NCBI RefSeq assembly: GCF_055900595.2
Contig: NZ_CM148325.1
Length of the DNA stretch: 64,000 nt
Direction: 5' to 3' (one strand)
This document shows, in pieces, positions 1-12,901 of the stretch. The number at the start of each line of letters is the position of its first letter. Positions within the stretch are counted from its first letter, which is position 1. The notes below the pieces were generated by a model that was not told the origin of the DNA, searched no databases, and saw only the letters and a list, made by a program, of their open reading frames with translations. The position numbers and the translations under genes are program-made.

Positions 1-519
1 CGTTGATCCGCCCGCCTGCGCCGTGACCGGTTCATCCCAGTCACGCAAGATGATCTCTTGTCCGGCTGCGTGATGGTAATAAACATGATCCTGTTCAGCT
101 TCACGAGGAAGACTACGGGCGAAACGATCAGGGAAGATCTGATAAAAAATCTGATCCGCAGCCCATTGTGGGCCGATATCCGGGACATCGACGGCAAACT
201 GCTCCAGTCGTGCTGGCGGCATTCGGCTGAAGCCCTGCGGTGTAAACCAACGCTGGCGATCGTGCCACAGTAATTTGAAACTATAACGCCGCCGAGGTTG
301 CCCGCTGGAGAGATCGATCGCCGCCCGCCATGCGGTGACACCAGGCTGGGGCTGACTGCGCTGCTTATGCATCGGTACTGACGTTTCTTCGTTATCGTTT
401 TCTGTACGTAGCATAATCCGCTGCGGTGGGTCTTCGCCTGTCAGCCACAGTGTAATGAGTAGTTGATCTTTGCTTTGTTTAACAAATGGGGGCACCGGCA
501 GGTGCCATGCATTTAACAT
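1..519 (-). CDS. malZ: maltodextrin glucosidase MalZ, N-terminal 173 codons only (gene runs off window start)
   Basis: Reverse complement of 481-519 reads ATG TTA AAT GCA TGG CAC CTG CCG = MLNAWHLP, the MalZ N-terminus; frame stays open to position 1. Not in ORF track because no stop lies in the window. Confidence 0.85.
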   Translation of the reverse strand, partial: MLNAWHLPVPPFVKQSKDQLLITLWLTGEDPPQRIMLRTENDNEETSVPMHKQRSQPQPGVTAWRAAIDLSSGQPRRRYSFKLLWHDRQRWFTPQGFSRMPPARLEQFAVDVPDIGPQWAADQIFYQIFPDRFARSLPREAEQDHVYYHHAAGQEIILRDWDEPVTAQAGGST

Positions 520-632
520 CATAATTCCCCTGTGATGAAAATCTGATCACCTTGCCATAGCCTAATGCAGGATCACTCATCATCTGAAGGATATTTGGGG
601 GAGGAGGACGGGGGCGGATAACTTTCGGAATA

Positions 633-660
633 GCCGGATCAGGGCTTGCCTTGATCCGGC
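633..660 (-). terminator. possible proY terminator hairpin (9-bp perfect inverted repeat gccggatca / tgatccggc)
   Basis: Inverted repeat seen just downstream of the proY stop; the following U-tract is weak. Confidence 0.35.
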
Positions 661-676
661 TTACAGAACGCAGTGA

Positions 677-2050
677 TTAGTGATTTTCAGCCAGCTGACG
701 ATCGTGGCGGCGTTTAAACATCCAGCCAATCAACAGCAGAACAATCCACGCGAAACCAACGTACAGCGAGATACGTGTGTCCGGATGATAACCAATCAAT
801 CCGATAATAAAGAGCAGGAAAATCAAACCGCCGATGGTCGTTGCTACCCCACCTGGTACTTTAAATTTCAGTGCCTTCACTTCTTCTGGCGGCAAACGGC
901 GACGGAAAGCAATTTGCGACAGCAGGATCATAATCCATACCCACACCGTGGCGAAGGTTGCCAGCGAAGCGATCACCAGGAAGACATTTTCCGGCATGAT
1001 GTAGTTCAGATATACCGCAAACAATAGCGCGGTAGTCATCACCAGCACCGTGACCCACGGAATACCGCGACGCGAGGTTTTGCTGAAAATTTTCGGCGCG
1101 CTACCCTGCTCTGCCATGCCGTGAAGCATACGACCTACGCCAAATACGTCACTGTTAATTGCTGACAGCGAAGCGGTCAGCACAACAAAGTTAAGAATGC
1201 TGGCGGCAAAGGTAATGCCCATATGCTGGAACGTCAGCACGAACGGGCTACCGGCAGTGCCAACCTGATTCCACGGATAGATAGACATAATGACGAACAG
1301 CGTACCGACGTAGAACACCAGAATACGCATCGGCACGGAGTTAATCGCACGCGGAATCGATTTTTCCGGATCTTTCGCTTCCCCGGCGGTAATCCCGATA
1401 ATTTCGATCCCGCCGTAAGCAAACATTACCATTTGCAGCGACATCACCATGCCAAGCCAGCCGTTGCTGAAGAAGCCGCCGTTGCTCCAAAGATTATGGA
1501 TACCGGTCGGTTGCCCGCCGTTGCCAATCCCCCAGATGATGATGCCGAAACCGGCGACAATCATGATGATGATGGTGGCGACTTTAAAGAACGAAAACCA
1601 GAACTCAAGCTCACCAAATACCTTCACGCTCATCAGGTTTACGGCGCAAATGATCAGCACCACGCTCAGTACCCAAATCCAGTGCGGCACCGTCGGGAAC
1701 CAGACGCCCATATAGATACCGAACGCAGTCACATCGGCGATGGCGACAATAAGGATTTCAAAGCAGTAGGTCCAGCCAGTGATATAACCTGCCAGTGGAC
1801 CGAGGTTTTCCTGCGCATAGCGCGAGAAAGAGCTGGCTGCCGGGTTATGTACCGACATTTCCCCCAGCGCACGCATAATGATATACGCCGCGATACCACC
1901 GATAATATAGGCCAACAACACGCTCGGACCGGCCATTTTGATGGCGTCTGCCGAACCGTAAAACAACCCGGTGCCAATTGCTGAACCCAGTGCCATAAAG
2001 CGTATGTGTCGGGTACTTAGCCCACGCTTTAGCTTGTTCTTACTTTCCAT
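677..2050 (-). CDS. proY: proline-specific permease ProY (APC family)
   Basis: ORF track 677..2053; protein [26 protein letters not shown] matches ProY; start placed at the second Met. Confidence 0.95.
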   Translation of the reverse strand: MESKNKLKRGLSTRHIRFMALGSAIGTGLFYGSADAIKMAGPSVLLAYIIGGIAAYIIMRALGEMSVHNPAASSFSRYAQENLGPLAGYITGWTYCFEILIVAIADVTAFGIYMGVWFPTVPHWIWVLSVVLIICAVNLMSVKVFGELEFWFSFFKVATIIIMIVAGFGIIIWGIGNGGQPTGIHNLWSNGGFFSNGWLGMVMSLQMVMFAYGGIEIIGITAGEAKDPEKSIPRAINSVPMRILVFYVGTLFVIMSIYPWNQVGTAGSPFVLTFQHMGITFAASILNFVVLTASLSAINSDVFGVGRMLHGMAEQGSAPKIFSKTSRRGIPWVTVLVMTTALLFAVYLNYIMPENVFLVIASLATFATVWVWIMILLSQIAFRRRLPPEEVKALKFKVPGGVATTIGGLIFLLFIIGLIGYHPDTRISLYVGFAWIVLLLIGWMFKRRHDRQLAENH

Positions 2051-2125
2051 CAATTCCTAACCCATCAACACAATAAAAAACCACGGGGCATCGCAGCCCC
2101 GTGGTTAAAACAAATGTTCAGTGAT

Positions 2126-3445
2126 TTAGTGAGCGCTGGAGGTCACCTGACGACCTGCCGCGCGATCCCAAATAATGGCCAGAACCACCATCACCACTGT
2201 TGGCATTAACCACGCAAGACCTTGTTCGGCCAGCGGTAAGCGCTGCGCCCAGGACGGTAAGATATCGCTGAATGCAGATGCTTTGATCCCGTCGAGAATA
2301 CCAAAAAGCAGGCTGATAAACATCGGCGGAGCAATCACGCGGGACGAACTATGCCACCATGAGCGTGTAAAACTTAATACAACCAGTGCGATACACGGCG
2401 GATAAATAGCGGTCAGCACCGGTACGGAGATCTGAATCAGCTGGCTCAAGCCGAGGTTAGACACCACCATCGAGAAGCCGCCGAGGATAAACACCAGCGT
2501 ACGATAGGAGAGCGGTACGTACTGAGCAAAGAATTCTGCACAAGCACAGGTCAGGCCAACCGCCGTGACCAGGCAGGCGATAAAGATTAACGCCGCCAGC
2601 AGGAAGCTACCGCCGCCGCCAAAGGTGTGCTGAACGTAGGCATGCAGAATAGCCGCACCGTTTGCAGACTGATCGACCAGCGACGCGCTGTCTGAACCCA
2701 GACGGAACAGTGCAAGGTACAGCAGAGTCAGACCAACACCCGCCATCAGGCCAGCCCAGACGGTATAACGGGTCAGCAGACGCGCTTCAGTAACGCCACG
2801 AGAACGCGCCGCGTTAACAATAACGATACCAAACACCATTGCGCCCAGCGTATCCATGGTCAGATAGCCATTAACGAAGCCGTTAGAAAACGCGGCGTTT
2901 TGATAAGCCTCAGTCGCCGTGCTGATAGAGCCTGCTGGCCAGACAATTGCCGCAACAGACAGGATGACCAGCGCGATAATTTTCAGCGGTGCCAGGAAGT
3001 TACCGACGGTATCCAGCAGTTTGCCCGGATAGAGCGAAACCAGAATAACGATAGCGAAATAGACCAGGCTGTAGATAAACAGCGGCAGCGCGGAGTCACC
3101 CGTCAGGGGCGCAATGCCCACTTCAAAGGAGACGGTGGCTGTACGCGGCGTGGCGAACAACGGCCCTACAGCCAGGTAGCAAACCGTTGCCAGCAGTACG
3201 CCAGCGACTTTACCAATTGGCGTGCTGAGGCTGTCAACACCACCGCCAACTTTCGCCAGCGCCACCACCGTTAATACCGGCAGGCCAACGGCAGTAATGA
3301 GGAAGCCGAATGCCGCAGTCCAGACGTGTTCGCCTGCCTGCAAGCCGACCATTGGAGGGAAAATGATGTTACCTGCGCCGACGAACAACGCAAATGTCAT
3401 AAAGCCCAGAGCGATGATATCGCGCGATCTTAATTGATGGGTCAT
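2126..3445 (-). CDS. brnQ: branched-chain amino acid transporter BrnQ
   Basis: ORF track, 439 aa, [31 protein letters not shown] matches BrnQ. Confidence 0.95.
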   Translation of the reverse strand: MTHQLRSRDIIALGFMTFALFVGAGNIIFPPMVGLQAGEHVWTAAFGFLITAVGLPVLTVVALAKVGGGVDSLSTPIGKVAGVLLATVCYLAVGPLFATPRTATVSFEVGIAPLTGDSALPLFIYSLVYFAIVILVSLYPGKLLDTVGNFLAPLKIIALVILSVAAIVWPAGSISTATEAYQNAAFSNGFVNGYLTMDTLGAMVFGIVIVNAARSRGVTEARLLTRYTVWAGLMAGVGLTLLYLALFRLGSDSASLVDQSANGAAILHAYVQHTFGGGGSFLLAALIFIACLVTAVGLTCACAEFFAQYVPLSYRTLVFILGGFSMVVSNLGLSQLIQISVPVLTAIYPPCIALVVLSFTRSWWHSSSRVIAPPMFISLLFGILDGIKASAFSDILPSWAQRLPLAEQGLAWLMPTVVMVVLAIIWDRAAGRQVTSSAH

Positions 3446-3799
3446 AAATCATACTGCCTGTGGATGTGGTGTTGTAACGTTAAATTTTTGTGCCAATCCC
3501 TGGGGATGATACAGCGGTATATTTAAACAATTTTAGCGGGAAATACTCCCAACCAGGCGCGGCGAAGAATAGTTTTTCGATTTACCGCGTGAATGCAGTC
3601 AGTATGACAGCACCTGAAGCGCAATTTAAACGCTTATAACGTTTTAAAGCAAGAAGGGATCTAAAAACCAGAGGTATATAGCGATAAGAAATCACCAACC
3701 AGTATAAAACACTATTTCCGTGAAAAAGACATGGCTAATCATGCGAACAAAAAATCACCAACCGTTGTAAAATCTAACGCCCGTATTTTGACTGCAAAG

Positions 3800-3830
3800 A
3801 AAATAAGCCAGCATCAGCTGGCTTATGGCA
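3800..3830 (-). terminator. possible phoBR operon terminator hairpin (agccagc..gctggct) followed by a T-rich stretch on the minus strand
   Basis: Inverted repeat about 25 bp downstream of the phoR stop. Confidence 0.4.
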
Positions 3831-3851
3831 ATAAAAGATGACAAAGGCGGA

Positions 3852-5147
3852 TTATTCGCTGTTTTTGGCAATTAAACGTTCCGGGATAACAAAACTGAAA
3901 CGCGTACCTTTTCCCACCGTACTCTCAATATGCAGGCGACTTTCGTGATGATTCACCGCATGTTTCACGATCGCTAACCCTAATCCGCTACCGCCAGTTT
4001 GTCGGGAACGTGCTTTATCAACGCGATAAAAACGCTCGGTCAGGCGCGGAATATGCTCCGGTGCGATGCCCGGTCCATTATCTTCAACGCTAAATTCGGC
4101 ACCGTGCGGCACTCGCTGCCAGCGTACGGTGATATGCGTACCTTCCGGCGTATGATTCACGGCGTTATATACCAGGTTAGAAATCGCGCTGCGAAGTTGG
4201 TCTTCGTTGCCAGACACCTTGAGGTCGTTATCTATTTCAAAGGTAAATGTCTGTTTCTGCTGGCTCAGAGTCTGGGCCTCACGCTCAACGACCCGCAGCA
4301 TCATCGGCACATCAACCTTTTCATTAAGCAACTGCGTTGGCGCGGCTTCTATTTTTGACAGCGTCAGTAACTGCTTCACCAGCCCTTCCATCCGCTGGGT
4401 CTGCTCGCGCATGGTGTGCAACGCTTTTTCACGTACCGCACCTTGCAGTGGTTGCTCATCCATCATCTCCAGGTAACCCTGTAACACTGTCAATGGCGTA
4501 CGCAACTCATGGCTCACGTTGGCAAAAAAGTTACGCCGCGCCCCTTCCAGTTGATGCATTTGCGTGACATCACGCGCCACCATCAGCAACTGTTTGTGGG
4601 TATAAGGCATGACGCGAATTTCCAGATGCCGCCCGGTATTGAGCACCAGATTGAGCGGGCGAGAAAAATCACGCGTTTTCAGATATTGCGTAAACTCCGG
4701 ATAACGAAGCAGATTAAGGATGTTCTGCCCGTTATCTTCCGGCCAGCGCAAACCAAGAATTTGTTGCGCCAGACCATTACACCAGAAAATACCGCCCTCT
4801 TCCGTGGTCAGCACCACCGCATCAGGCAGCGACTCCGCGCCGCTACGAAAGCGTTTAATCAGATTGCCCAGTTCGCGGCGACGTTTTTTATTACGCAGCT
4901 GCATCTGGTGTAAGCCGTATAGCAGCGGTTCCCAGCTACCACGCCCCGGAGGCGGGGTCATACTGCGATCCACCCACAGCCACCATGAAAGGCGCAATAA
5001 ATTCCAAAAATGCCAGATAAGCAGTCCTGTTACCGATGCCAGCAAAAACCAAGGCAGGTAACCAAAAAATGCACCCAGGATGAAAGCCGGGAGGCAGCAA
5101 AGTAGCAGCTCCAGCACCAGCCTTTTCCACGACAGCCGTTCCAGCAC
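3852..5147 (-). CDS. phoR: phosphate regulon sensor histidine kinase PhoR
   Basis: ORF track, 431 aa; N-terminal membrane segment, HELRTPLT H-box and ATPase motifs. Confidence 0.95.
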   Translation of the reverse strand: MLERLSWKRLVLELLLCCLPAFILGAFFGYLPWFLLASVTGLLIWHFWNLLRLSWWLWVDRSMTPPPGRGSWEPLLYGLHQMQLRNKKRRRELGNLIKRFRSGAESLPDAVVLTTEEGGIFWCNGLAQQILGLRWPEDNGQNILNLLRYPEFTQYLKTRDFSRPLNLVLNTGRHLEIRVMPYTHKQLLMVARDVTQMHQLEGARRNFFANVSHELRTPLTVLQGYLEMMDEQPLQGAVREKALHTMREQTQRMEGLVKQLLTLSKIEAAPTQLLNEKVDVPMMLRVVEREAQTLSQQKQTFTFEIDNDLKVSGNEDQLRSAISNLVYNAVNHTPEGTHITVRWQRVPHGAEFSVEDNGPGIAPEHIPRLTERFYRVDKARSRQTGGSGLGLAIVKHAVNHHESRLHIESTVGKGTRFSFVIPERLIAKNSE

Positions 5148-5204
5148 GTAAGATACTCCAGTTAAGAAATCATAAGCCCTGCTCTGCGTCCGATGAGCAA
5201 GGCG

Positions 5205-5894
5205 TTAAAAGCGGGTTGAAAAACGATATCCTGTACCGCGTACGGTCTGCACCATGCGGTCATGTCCGCCGGGCTCCAGTGCCTTACGCAGGCGACGAAT
5301 GTGAACATCGACCGTGCGGTCTTCCACATATACGTTGGTTCCCCAGACGTGGTTTAACAGCTGCTCGCGGCTGTACACGCGCTCGGGATGCGTCATAAAA
5401 AAGTGCAGCAGTTTAAATTCTGTCGGCCCCATCTCCAGCGGTTCTTCGCCCGCCATCACCCGGTGAGATGTCGGGTCGAGACTGAGCCCCTGCATCTCGA
5501 TCACCTCTTCCACCGCCATTGGCGAAATACGGCGCATTACCGCTTTGATTCGCGCCACCAGTTCCTTCGGCGAAAATGGCTTGGTGATATAGTCATCCGC
5601 ACCGGTTTCAAGGCCGCGCACGCGATCTTCTTCTTCCCCTCTGGCGGTCAGCATCACCACTGGAATATCTCGGGTCATCGACTCGCGCTTGAGGTGTTTG
5701 ATGAACTGGATACCGGAGCCGCCAGGTAACATCCAGTCAAGGAGAATTAAATCCGGCCAGGGTTCATTCAGTTGATTCACAGCACTGTCATAATCTTCCG
5801 CTTCGACCGGCTGAAAGCCATTTTGTTCGAGCACGAAGCAGACCATTTCGCGAATTGGAGCTTCATCTTCTACGACCAGAATACGTCTCGCCAT
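5205..5894 (-). CDS. phoB: phosphate regulon response regulator PhoB
   Basis: ORF track, 229 aa, [18 protein letters not shown] matches PhoB. Confidence 0.97.
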
Positions 5895-5944
5895 GATTTG
5901 CCCTGTTGTAATAAATAGGTTGCGATCATTAATGCGACGTCATT

Positions 5945-5985
5945 ATGCGTCAGATTTATGACAGATTTATGAAAAGCACGTCGCA
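5945..5985 (-). promoter_or_regulatory. Pho box of the phoB promoter (direct repeats ctgtcataaatctgtcataaatctgacg on the minus strand)
   Basis: Reverse complement of about 5951-5975 gives tandem CTGTCAT-type repeats upstream of phoB. Confidence 0.7.
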
Positions 5986-6083
5986 CATATCTTCAGGTAG
6001 TTGATTTCCGTGGCGCAGAAAAAAGCAAATGGCACATCTGTTTGGGTATAATCGCGCCCATGCTTTTTCGCCAGGGAATCGTT

Positions 6084-7286
6084 ATGCGCATCCTTCACAC
6101 CTCAGACTGGCATCTCGGCCAGAACTTCTACAGTAAAAGCCGCGAAGCTGAACACCAGGCCTTTCTTGACTGGCTGCTGGAAACAGCGCAAACCCATCAG
6201 GTGGATGCGATTATTGTTGCCGGTGATGTTTTCGATACCGGATCACCGCCCAGTTACGCCCGCACGTTATACAACCGTTTTGTTGTCAATTTACAGCAAA
6301 CGGGCTGTCATCTGGTGGTACTGGCAGGAAACCATGACTCGGTCGCCACGCTGAATGAATCGCGCGATATCATGGCGTTCCTCAATACTACCGTGGTCGC
6401 CAGCGCCGGACATGCGCCGCAAATCTTGCCTCGTCGCGACGGGACGCCAGGCGCAGTGCTGTGCCCCATTCCTTTTTTACGCCCGCGTGACATTATTACC
6501 AGCCAGGCGGGGCTTAACGGTATTGAAAAACAACAACATTTGCTGGCGGCTATTACCGATTATTACCAACAACATTATGCCGATGCCTGCAAACTGCGCG
6601 GCGATCAGCCTCTGCCCATCATCGCCACGGGGCATTTAACGACCGTTGGTGCCAGCAAAAGTGACGCCGTGCGTGACATTTATATTGGCACGCTGGACGC
6701 CTTCCCGGCACAAAACTTTCCGCCAGCCGACTACATCGCGCTCGGGCATATTCACCGCGCACAGATTATTGGCGGCATGGAACATGTTCGCTATTGCGGT
6801 TCCCCCATTCCACTGAGTTTTGATGAATGCGGAAAAAGTAAATATGTCCATCTGGTGACATTTTCAAACGGCAAATTAGAGAGCGTGGAAAACCTGAGCG
6901 TGCCGATAACGCAACCGATGGCGGTACTGAAAGGCGATCTGGCGTCGATTACCGAACAGCTGGAACAGTGGCGCGATGTATCACAGGAACCACCTGTCTG
7001 GCTGGATATCGAAATCACTACTGATGAGTATCTGCATGATATTCAGCGCAAAATCCAGGCATTAACTGAATCACTGCCTGTCGAAGTATTGCTGGTACGC
7101 CGCAGCCGTGAACAGCGCGAGCGTGTGTTAGCCAGCCAACAGCGTGAAACCCTCAGCGAACTCAGCGTCGAAGAGGTGTTTAATCGTCGTCTCGCACTGG
7201 AAGAACTGGATGAATCACAGCAGCAACGTCTGCAACATCTTTTCACCACGACGCTGCAGACCCTCGCCGGAGAACACGAAGCATGA
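6084..7286 (+). CDS. sbcD: DNA hairpin nuclease subunit SbcD
   Basis: ORF track 6042..7286; start placed at [13 protein letters not shown] (400 aa, Mre11-like phosphoesterase motifs). Confidence 0.95.
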   Translation: MRILHTSDWHLGQNFYSKSREAEHQAFLDWLLETAQTHQVDAIIVAGDVFDTGSPPSYARTLYNRFVVNLQQTGCHLVVLAGNHDSVATLNESRDIMAFLNTTVVASAGHAPQILPRRDGTPGAVLCPIPFLRPRDIITSQAGLNGIEKQQHLLAAITDYYQQHYADACKLRGDQPLPIIATGHLTTVGASKSDAVRDIYIGTLDAFPAQNFPPADYIALGHIHRAQIIGGMEHVRYCGSPIPLSFDECGKSKYVHLVTFSNGKLESVENLSVPITQPMAVLKGDLASITEQLEQWRDVSQEPPVWLDIEITTDEYLHDIQRKIQALTESLPVEVLLVRRSREQRERVLASQQRETLSELSVEEVFNRRLALEELDESQQQRLQHLFTTTLQTLAGEHEA

Positions 7287-10200
7287 AAATTCTCAGCCTG
7301 CGCCTGAAAAACCTGAACTCGTTAAAAGGCGAATGGAAGATTGATTTCACCCGCGAGCCGTTCGCCAGCAATGGGCTGTTTGCGATTACCGGCCCAACCG
7401 GCGCGGGGAAAACCACCCTGCTGGATGCCATTTGCCTGGCGCTGTATCACGAAACTCCGCGCCTTTCTAACGTTTCACAATCGCAAAATGATCTAATGAC
7501 CCGCGATACCGCCGAATGTCTGGCGGAAGTGGAGTTTGAAGTCAAAGGTGAAGCGTACCGTGCATTCTGGAGCCAGAATCGGGCGCGTAACCAGCCAGAC
7601 GGTAATTTGCAGGTGCCGCGCGTAGAGCTGGCGCGCTGTACCGATGGCAAAATTCTCGCTGACAAAGTGAAAGATAAGCTGGAACTGACGGCGACGTTAA
7701 CCGGACTGGATTATGGGCGTTTCACCCGTTCGATGCTGCTTTCGCAGGGGCAATTTGCTGCCTTCCTGAATGCCAAACCAAAAGAACGCGCGGAATTGCT
7801 CGAGGAATTAACCGGCACCGAAATCTACGGGCAAATCTCTGCGATGGTCTTTGAGCAGCACAAATCGGCCCGCACTGAGCTGGAGAAACTGCAAGCGCAG
7901 GCCAGCGGCGTCGCGTTATTAGCGCCAGAACAAGTGCAATCGCTGACAGAAAGTTTGCAGGTACTCACTGTCGAAGAGAAACAGTTACTCGCCGCGCAGC
8001 AGCAAGAACAACAATCGTTAAACTGGTTAACGCGTCTGGACGAATTGCAGCAAGAAGCCAGCCGCCGTCAGCAGGCATTGCAACAGGCGTTAGCCGAAGA
8101 AGAAAAAGCGCAACCTCAACTGGCGGCGCTCAGTCTGGCACAACCGGCGCGAAATCTTCGTCCGCACTGGGAACGCATCGCAGAACACACTGCGGCACTG
8201 GCGCATACTCGCCAGCAGATTGAAGAAGTAAATACTCGCTTACAGCGCACAATGGCGCTTCGTGCGAGCATTCGCCACCACGCGGCGAAGCAGTCTGCAG
8301 AATTACATCAGCAGCAACAAAGCCTGAATGCCTGGTTACAGGAACACGACCGCTTCCGTCAGTGGAACAACGAACTGGCGGGTTGGCGTGCGCAATTCTC
8401 TCAACAAACCAGCGAACGCGAGCATCTGCGGCAGTGGCAGCAACAGTTAACCCATGCAGAGCAAAAACTTAATTCACTTCCGGCGATCTCGTTGACGTTA
8501 AGCGCCGATGAAGTTGCTAGCGCCCAGGCGCAACATGCTGAGCAACGCACGCTGCGTCAGCGCCTGGTCGCGCTGCATGGGCAGATTGTTCCCCAACAAA
8601 AACGCCTGGCGCAATTACAGGTTGCTATCCAGAATGTCACGCAGGAACAGACGCAACGTAACGCCGCACTTAACGAAATGCGCCAGCGTTATAAAGAAAA
8701 AACGCAACAACTTGCCGATGTGAAAACCATTTGCGAGCAGGAAGCTCGTATCAAAACGCTGGAAGTTCAACGTGCGCAGTTACAGGCGGGTCAGCCTTGC
8801 CCACTTTGTGGTTCCACCAACCACCCGGCAGTAGAGGCGTATCAGGCACTGGAACCGGGTGTTAATCAGGCCCGCTTACTGACGCTTGAAAACGAAGTGA
8901 AAAAGCTCGGGGAGGAAGGCGCGGCGCTGCGCGGGCAACTGGACGCCTTAACGAAGCAGCTTCAGCGTGATGAAAACGAAGCGCAAAGCCTCCGACAAGA
9001 TGAGCAAGCACTTACTCAACAATGGCAAGCTGTCACGGCCAGCCTCAATATCACCTTGCAGCCACAGGACGATATTCAACCGTGGCTGGATGCACAAGAT
9101 GAGCACGAGCGCCAGCTGCGGATACTCAGCCAACGGCATGAATTACAAGGGCAGATTGCCGCGCATAATCAGCAAATTATCCAGTATCAACAGCAAATTG
9201 AACAACGCCAGCAGCAACTCTTAACGGCATTGGCGGGTTATGCACTGACATTGCCACAGGAAGATGAAGAAGAGAGCTGGTTGGCGACGCGTCAGCAAGA
9301 AGCACAGAGCTGGCAGCAACGCCAGAACGAATTAACCGCGCTGCAAAACCGTATGCAGCAGCTGACGCCGATTCTGGAAACGTTGCCGCAAAGTGATGAA
9401 TTCCCGCACAGCGAAGAAACTGTGGCGCTGGAAAACTGGCGGCAAATTCATGAACAATGTCTCGCGTTACAAAGCCAGCAGCAGACGTTACAGCAACAGG
9501 ATGTTCTGGCGGCGCAAAGTCTGCAAAAAGCCCAGGCGCAGTTTGACACCGCGCTACAGGCCAGTGTCTTTGACGATCAACAGGCGTTCCTTGCGGCGCT
9601 AATGGATGAACAAACACTAACGCAACTGGAACAGCTCAAGCAGAATCTGGAAAACCAGCGCCGTCAGGCGCAAACGCTGGTCACTCAGACAGCTGAAACG
9701 CTGGCACAGCATCAGCAACACCGACCTGACGGCCTGGATCTCAGTGTGACGGTGGAGCAGATTCAGCAAGAGTTAGCGCAAACTCACCAAAAGTTGCGTG
9801 AAAACACCACGAGTCAGGGCGAGATTCGTCAACAGCTGAAACAGGATGCGGAAAACCGTCAGCAACAACAAACCTTAATGCAGCAAATTGCTCAAATGAC
9901 GCAGCAGGTTGAGGACTGGGGATATCTTAATTCGCTAATAGGTTCCAAAGAGGGCGATAAATTCCGCAAGTTTGCCCAGGGGCTGACGCTGGATAATTTA
10001 GTCCATCTCGCTAATCAGCAACTTACCCGGTTACACGGGCGCTATCTGTTACAGCGCAAAGCCAGCGAGGCGCTGGAAGTCGAGGTTGTCGATACCTGGC
10101 AGGCAGACGCGGTACGCGATACCCGTACCCTTTCTGGCGGCGAAAGTTTTCTCGTCAGTCTGGCGCTGGCGCTGGCACTTTCAGATCTGGTCAGCCATAA

Positions 10201-10426
10201 AACGCGTATTGACTCGCTGTTCCTCGATGAAGGTTTCGGCACGCTGGATAGCGAAACACTGGATACCGCCCTTGATGCCCTGGATGCTCTGAATGCCAGT
10301 GGTAAAACTATCGGCGTGATTAGCCACGTTGAAGCGATGAAAGAGCGTATTCCGGTGCAGATCAAAGTGAAAAAGATCAACGGACTGGGATACAGCAAAC
10401 TGGAAAGTGCGTTTGCAGTGAAATAA
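7283..10426 (+). CDS. sbcC: SbcC (Rad50-like SMC ATPase, long coiled coil with CPLCGS zinc hook)
   Basis: ORF track, 1047 aa; Walker [10 protein letters not shown], glutamine-rich coiled coil, 4-bp overlap with sbcD. Confidence 0.95.
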   Translation: MKILSLRLKNLNSLKGEWKIDFTREPFASNGLFAITGPTGAGKTTLLDAICLALYHETPRLSNVSQSQNDLMTRDTAECLAEVEFEVKGEAYRAFWSQNRARNQPDGNLQVPRVELARCTDGKILADKVKDKLELTATLTGLDYGRFTRSMLLSQGQFAAFLNAKPKERAELLEELTGTEIYGQISAMVFEQHKSARTELEKLQAQASGVALLAPEQVQSLTESLQVLTVEEKQLLAAQQQEQQSLNWLTRLDELQQEASRRQQALQQALAEEEKAQPQLAALSLAQPARNLRPHWERIAEHTAALAHTRQQIEEVNTRLQRTMALRASIRHHAAKQSAELHQQQQSLNAWLQEHDRFRQWNNELAGWRAQFSQQTSEREHLRQWQQQLTHAEQKLNSLPAISLTLSADEVASAQAQHAEQRTLRQRLVALHGQIVPQQKRLAQLQVAIQNVTQEQTQRNAALNEMRQRYKEKTQQLADVKTICEQEARIKTLEVQRAQLQAGQPCPLCGSTNHPAVEAYQALEPGVNQARLLTLENEVKKLGEEGAALRGQLDALTKQLQRDENEAQSLRQDEQALTQQWQAVTASLNITLQPQDDIQPWLDAQDEHERQLRILSQRHELQGQIAAHNQQIIQYQQQIEQRQQQLLTALAGYALTLPQEDEEESWLATRQQEAQSWQQRQNELTALQNRMQQLTPILETLPQSDEFPHSEETVALENWRQIHEQCLALQSQQQTLQQQDVLAAQSLQKAQAQFDTALQASVFDDQQAFLAALMDEQTLTQLEQLKQNLENQRRQAQTLVTQTAETLAQHQQHRPDGLDLSVTVEQIQQELAQTHQKLRENTTSQGEIRQQLKQDAENRQQQQTLMQQIAQMTQQVEDWGYLNSLIGSKEGDKFRKFAQGLTLDNLVHLANQQLTRLHGRYLLQRKASEALEVEVVDTWQADAVRDTRTLSGGESFLVSLALALALSDLVSHKTRIDSLFLDEGFGTLDSETLDTALDALDALNASGKTIGVISHVEAMKERIPVQIKVKKINGLGYSKLESAFAVK

Positions 10427-10551
10427 CTATTCAGCAGGATAATGAATACAGAGGGGCGAATTATCTCTTGGCCTCGCTGGTCGTTATCCTGCAAGCTATC
10501 ACTTTATTGGCTACGGTGATTGGTAGCCGTTCTGGTGGTTGTGATGGTGGT

Positions 10552-11736
10552 ATGAAAAAAGTTATTTTATCTTTGGCTCTGGGCACGTTTGGTTTGGGAA
10601 TGGCCGAATTTGGCATTATGGGCGTGCTTACGGAGCTGGCACATAACGTAGGTATTTCGATTCCTGCCGCCGGGCATATGATCTCGTATTATGCGCTGGG
10701 GGTGGTGGTCGGTGCACCAATCATCGCACTCTTTTCCAGCCGCTACTCACTCAAACATATCTTGTTGTTTCTGGTGGCGTTGTGCGTCATTGGCAACGCC
10801 ATGTTCACGCTCTCTTCGTCTTACCTGATGCTCGCCATTGGTCGGCTGGTTTCCGGCTTTCCGCATGGTGCATTTTTTGGCGTCGGGGCGATTGTGTTAT
10901 CGAAAATTATCAAACCCGGCAAAGTCACCGCCGCCGTGGCGGGGATGGTTTCCGGGATGACAGTCGCCAATTTGCTGGGCATTCCGCTGGGGACGTATTT
11001 AAGTCAGGAGTTTAGCTGGCGTTACACCTTTTTATTGATCTCTGTGTTTAATATCGCGGTGATGGCATCGGTCTATTTTTGGGTGCCGGATATTCGCGAC
11101 GAGGCGAAAGGAAAGCTGCGCGAACAATTTCACTTTTTGCGCAGCCCGGCCCCGTGGTTAATTTTCGCTGCCACGATGTTTGGCAACGCGGGTGTATTTG
11201 CCTGGTTCAGCTACGTAAAGCCATACATGATGTTTATTTCCGGTTTTTCGGAAATGGCGATGACCTTTATTATGATGTTAGTTGGGCTGGGGATGGTGTT
11301 GGGGAATGTGCTAAGTGGCCGGATTTCAGGACGTTATTCACCACTACGCATTGCGGCAGTGACTGATTTCATTATTGTGCTGGCATTGCTGATGCTCTTT
11401 TTCTTCGGCGGCATGAAAACAACGTCGCTTATTTTTGCTTTTATTTGTTGCGCGGGATTATTTGCCCTCTCTGCACCGCTGCAAATATTGTTACTGCAAA
11501 ATGCCAAAGGTGGAGAATTATTAGGTGCCGCAGGTGGGCAAATAGCGTTTAACCTCGGTAGCGCCGTCGGCGCATATTGCGGAGGTATGATGCTGACGCT
11601 GGGGCTGACTTATAATTACGTGGCGCTGCCTGCCGCCCTGCTTTCGTTTGCTGCGATGTCGTCGTTGCTGCTGTATGGTCGCTATAAGCGCCAGCAAGCG
11701 GCGGATAGTCCGATGCTGGCGAAACCACTGGGATAG
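10552..11736 (+). CDS. araJ: MFS transporter AraJ
   Basis: ORF track 10468..11736; start placed at MKKVILSLALGTFGLGMAEFG (394 aa). Confidence 0.9.
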   Translation: MKKVILSLALGTFGLGMAEFGIMGVLTELAHNVGISIPAAGHMISYYALGVVVGAPIIALFSSRYSLKHILLFLVALCVIGNAMFTLSSSYLMLAIGRLVSGFPHGAFFGVGAIVLSKIIKPGKVTAAVAGMVSGMTVANLLGIPLGTYLSQEFSWRYTFLLISVFNIAVMASVYFWVPDIRDEAKGKLREQFHFLRSPAPWLIFAATMFGNAGVFAWFSYVKPYMMFISGFSEMAMTFIMMLVGLGMVLGNVLSGRISGRYSPLRIAAVTDFIIVLALLMLFFFGGMKTTSLIFAFICCAGLFALSAPLQILLLQNAKGGELLGAAGGQIAFNLGSAVGAYCGGMMLTLGLTYNYVALPAALLSFAAMSSLLLYGRYKRQQAADSPMLAKPLG

Positions 11737-11749
11737 GTTGCAGTCACTG

Positions 11750-11850
11750 CTTGTTGTCGGATGCGGCGCGAGCGTCTTATCCGACCTACGCGAGCTGCTC
11801 ATTTTGTAGGCCTGATAAGACGCGGCAAGCGTCGCATCAGGCATGATGCA
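11750..11850. repeat. REP (repetitive extragenic palindromic) elements between araJ and mak
   Basis: Motifs gtcggatgcggcg...cttatccgacctac and gtaggcctgataagacgcg...gcatcaggc. Confidence 0.7.
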
Positions 11851-11868
11851 CCAATTGCCTGTTTTTTT

Positions 11869-12777
11869 TTACTCTTGTGGCCATAACCACGCAGCGCCGC
11901 GTACGCCGCTGGAATCACCATGTTTCGCCTTACGCACCGGCGTTTCACATTCGCCGCCGAAGACAAATTGTTTAATCAACTGCGGAACCGTTTGATATAA
12001 ACGATCTACATTGCTCATCCCGCCCCCCAACACAATCACATCCGGATCGAGAATATTCACGACATGTGCCAGCGATTTTGCCAGCCGCAGCTCGTAGCGA
12101 CGCAATGCCAGTTCCGCTACCGGATCGCTTTCTTCTACCAGGCGGATAATTTCACTGCCTTTCAGCGCATGTCCGCTCAAACGACGATAATCCGTCGCGA
12201 ATCCCGTGCCCGAAATAAAGGTTTCAATACAACCTTGTTTACCGCAATAACAAGGGACTTCCTCGCGATAACGCAGTTCATCTTCGTCCATCCACGGTAG
12301 CGGATTGTGTCCCCACTCGCCTGCCGTGCCATTGCCGCCGATATGCGCTCGACCATTGAACGCTACGCCCGCGCCGCATCCCGTGCCGATAATCACGGCA
12401 AATACCGTCTGCGCTCCCGCTGCTGCGCCATCTACCGCTTCCGAGACCGCCAGACAGTTGGCGTCATTTGCCAACCGCACTTCCCGTTGCAACCGCGCGC
12501 TTAAATCTTTATCAAATGGCTGACCGTTAAGCCAGGTTGAATTGGCATTTTTCACCACGCCAGTGTAAGGCGAAATCGAGCCTGGAATGCCCATGCCTAC
12601 CGTTCCGCGCTGCCCTGTCGCCTGCTCCGCCATATCAACCAACGTGGCGATCGTTTCGATGGTCTGATGGTAATCATCACGCGGCGTGGGCAGACGATGA
12701 CGATACAACTGCTCCCCTGCATCGCCCAGTGCAATCACTTCAGTTTTGGTGCCGCCTAAATCGATACCTATACGCAC
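11869..12777 (-). CDS. mak: fructokinase/manno(fructo)kinase Mak (ROK family), GTG start
   Basis: ORF track 11869..12915; Mak begins at [14 protein letters not shown], placing the start at a GTG codon (302 aa). Confidence 0.9.
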   Translation of the reverse strand: MRIGIDLGGTKTEVIALGDAGEQLYRHRLPTPRDDYHQTIETIATLVDMAEQATGQRGTVGMGIPGSISPYTGVVKNANSTWLNGQPFDKDLSARLQREVRLANDANCLAVSEAVDGAAAGAQTVFAVIIGTGCGAGVAFNGRAHIGGNGTAGEWGHNPLPWMDEDELRYREEVPCYCGKQGCIETFISGTGFATDYRRLSGHALKGSEIIRLVEESDPVAELALRRYELRLAKSLAHVVNILDPDVIVLGGGMSNVDRLYQTVPQLIKQFVFGGECETPVRKAKHGDSSGVRGAAWLWPQE

Positions 12778-12901
12778 GGTACTCTCCTTATTTTTTTCAA
12801 TATCAATAGCGTAGAGACGGACAACCGGATTGGCAATGCAAGGCCGCCGACAATTCGTTATCATGCCCGCTAAATTTAACGACAAGGCCGTGGAAATTAT
12901 C

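Noticed and set aside
58-273. 71-aa plus-strand ORF near the window start
   Set aside because: Lies antisense inside the malZ coding region; no RBS or conservation signal; likely a chance ORF.
680-1984. Several plus-strand ORFs (115, 253 and 88 aa) inside proY
   Set aside because: Antisense to a well-supported conserved gene; composition artefacts.
10468-10551. Upstream in-frame extensions of araJ and, similarly, of sbcD, rdgC, mak, proC, yaiI, hemB, mhpR, mhpT, mhpC, frmR and afuB/afuC in the ORF track
   Set aside because: The track takes the longest ORF; the recognisable protein N-termini and RBS positions support the shorter starts given in the features.
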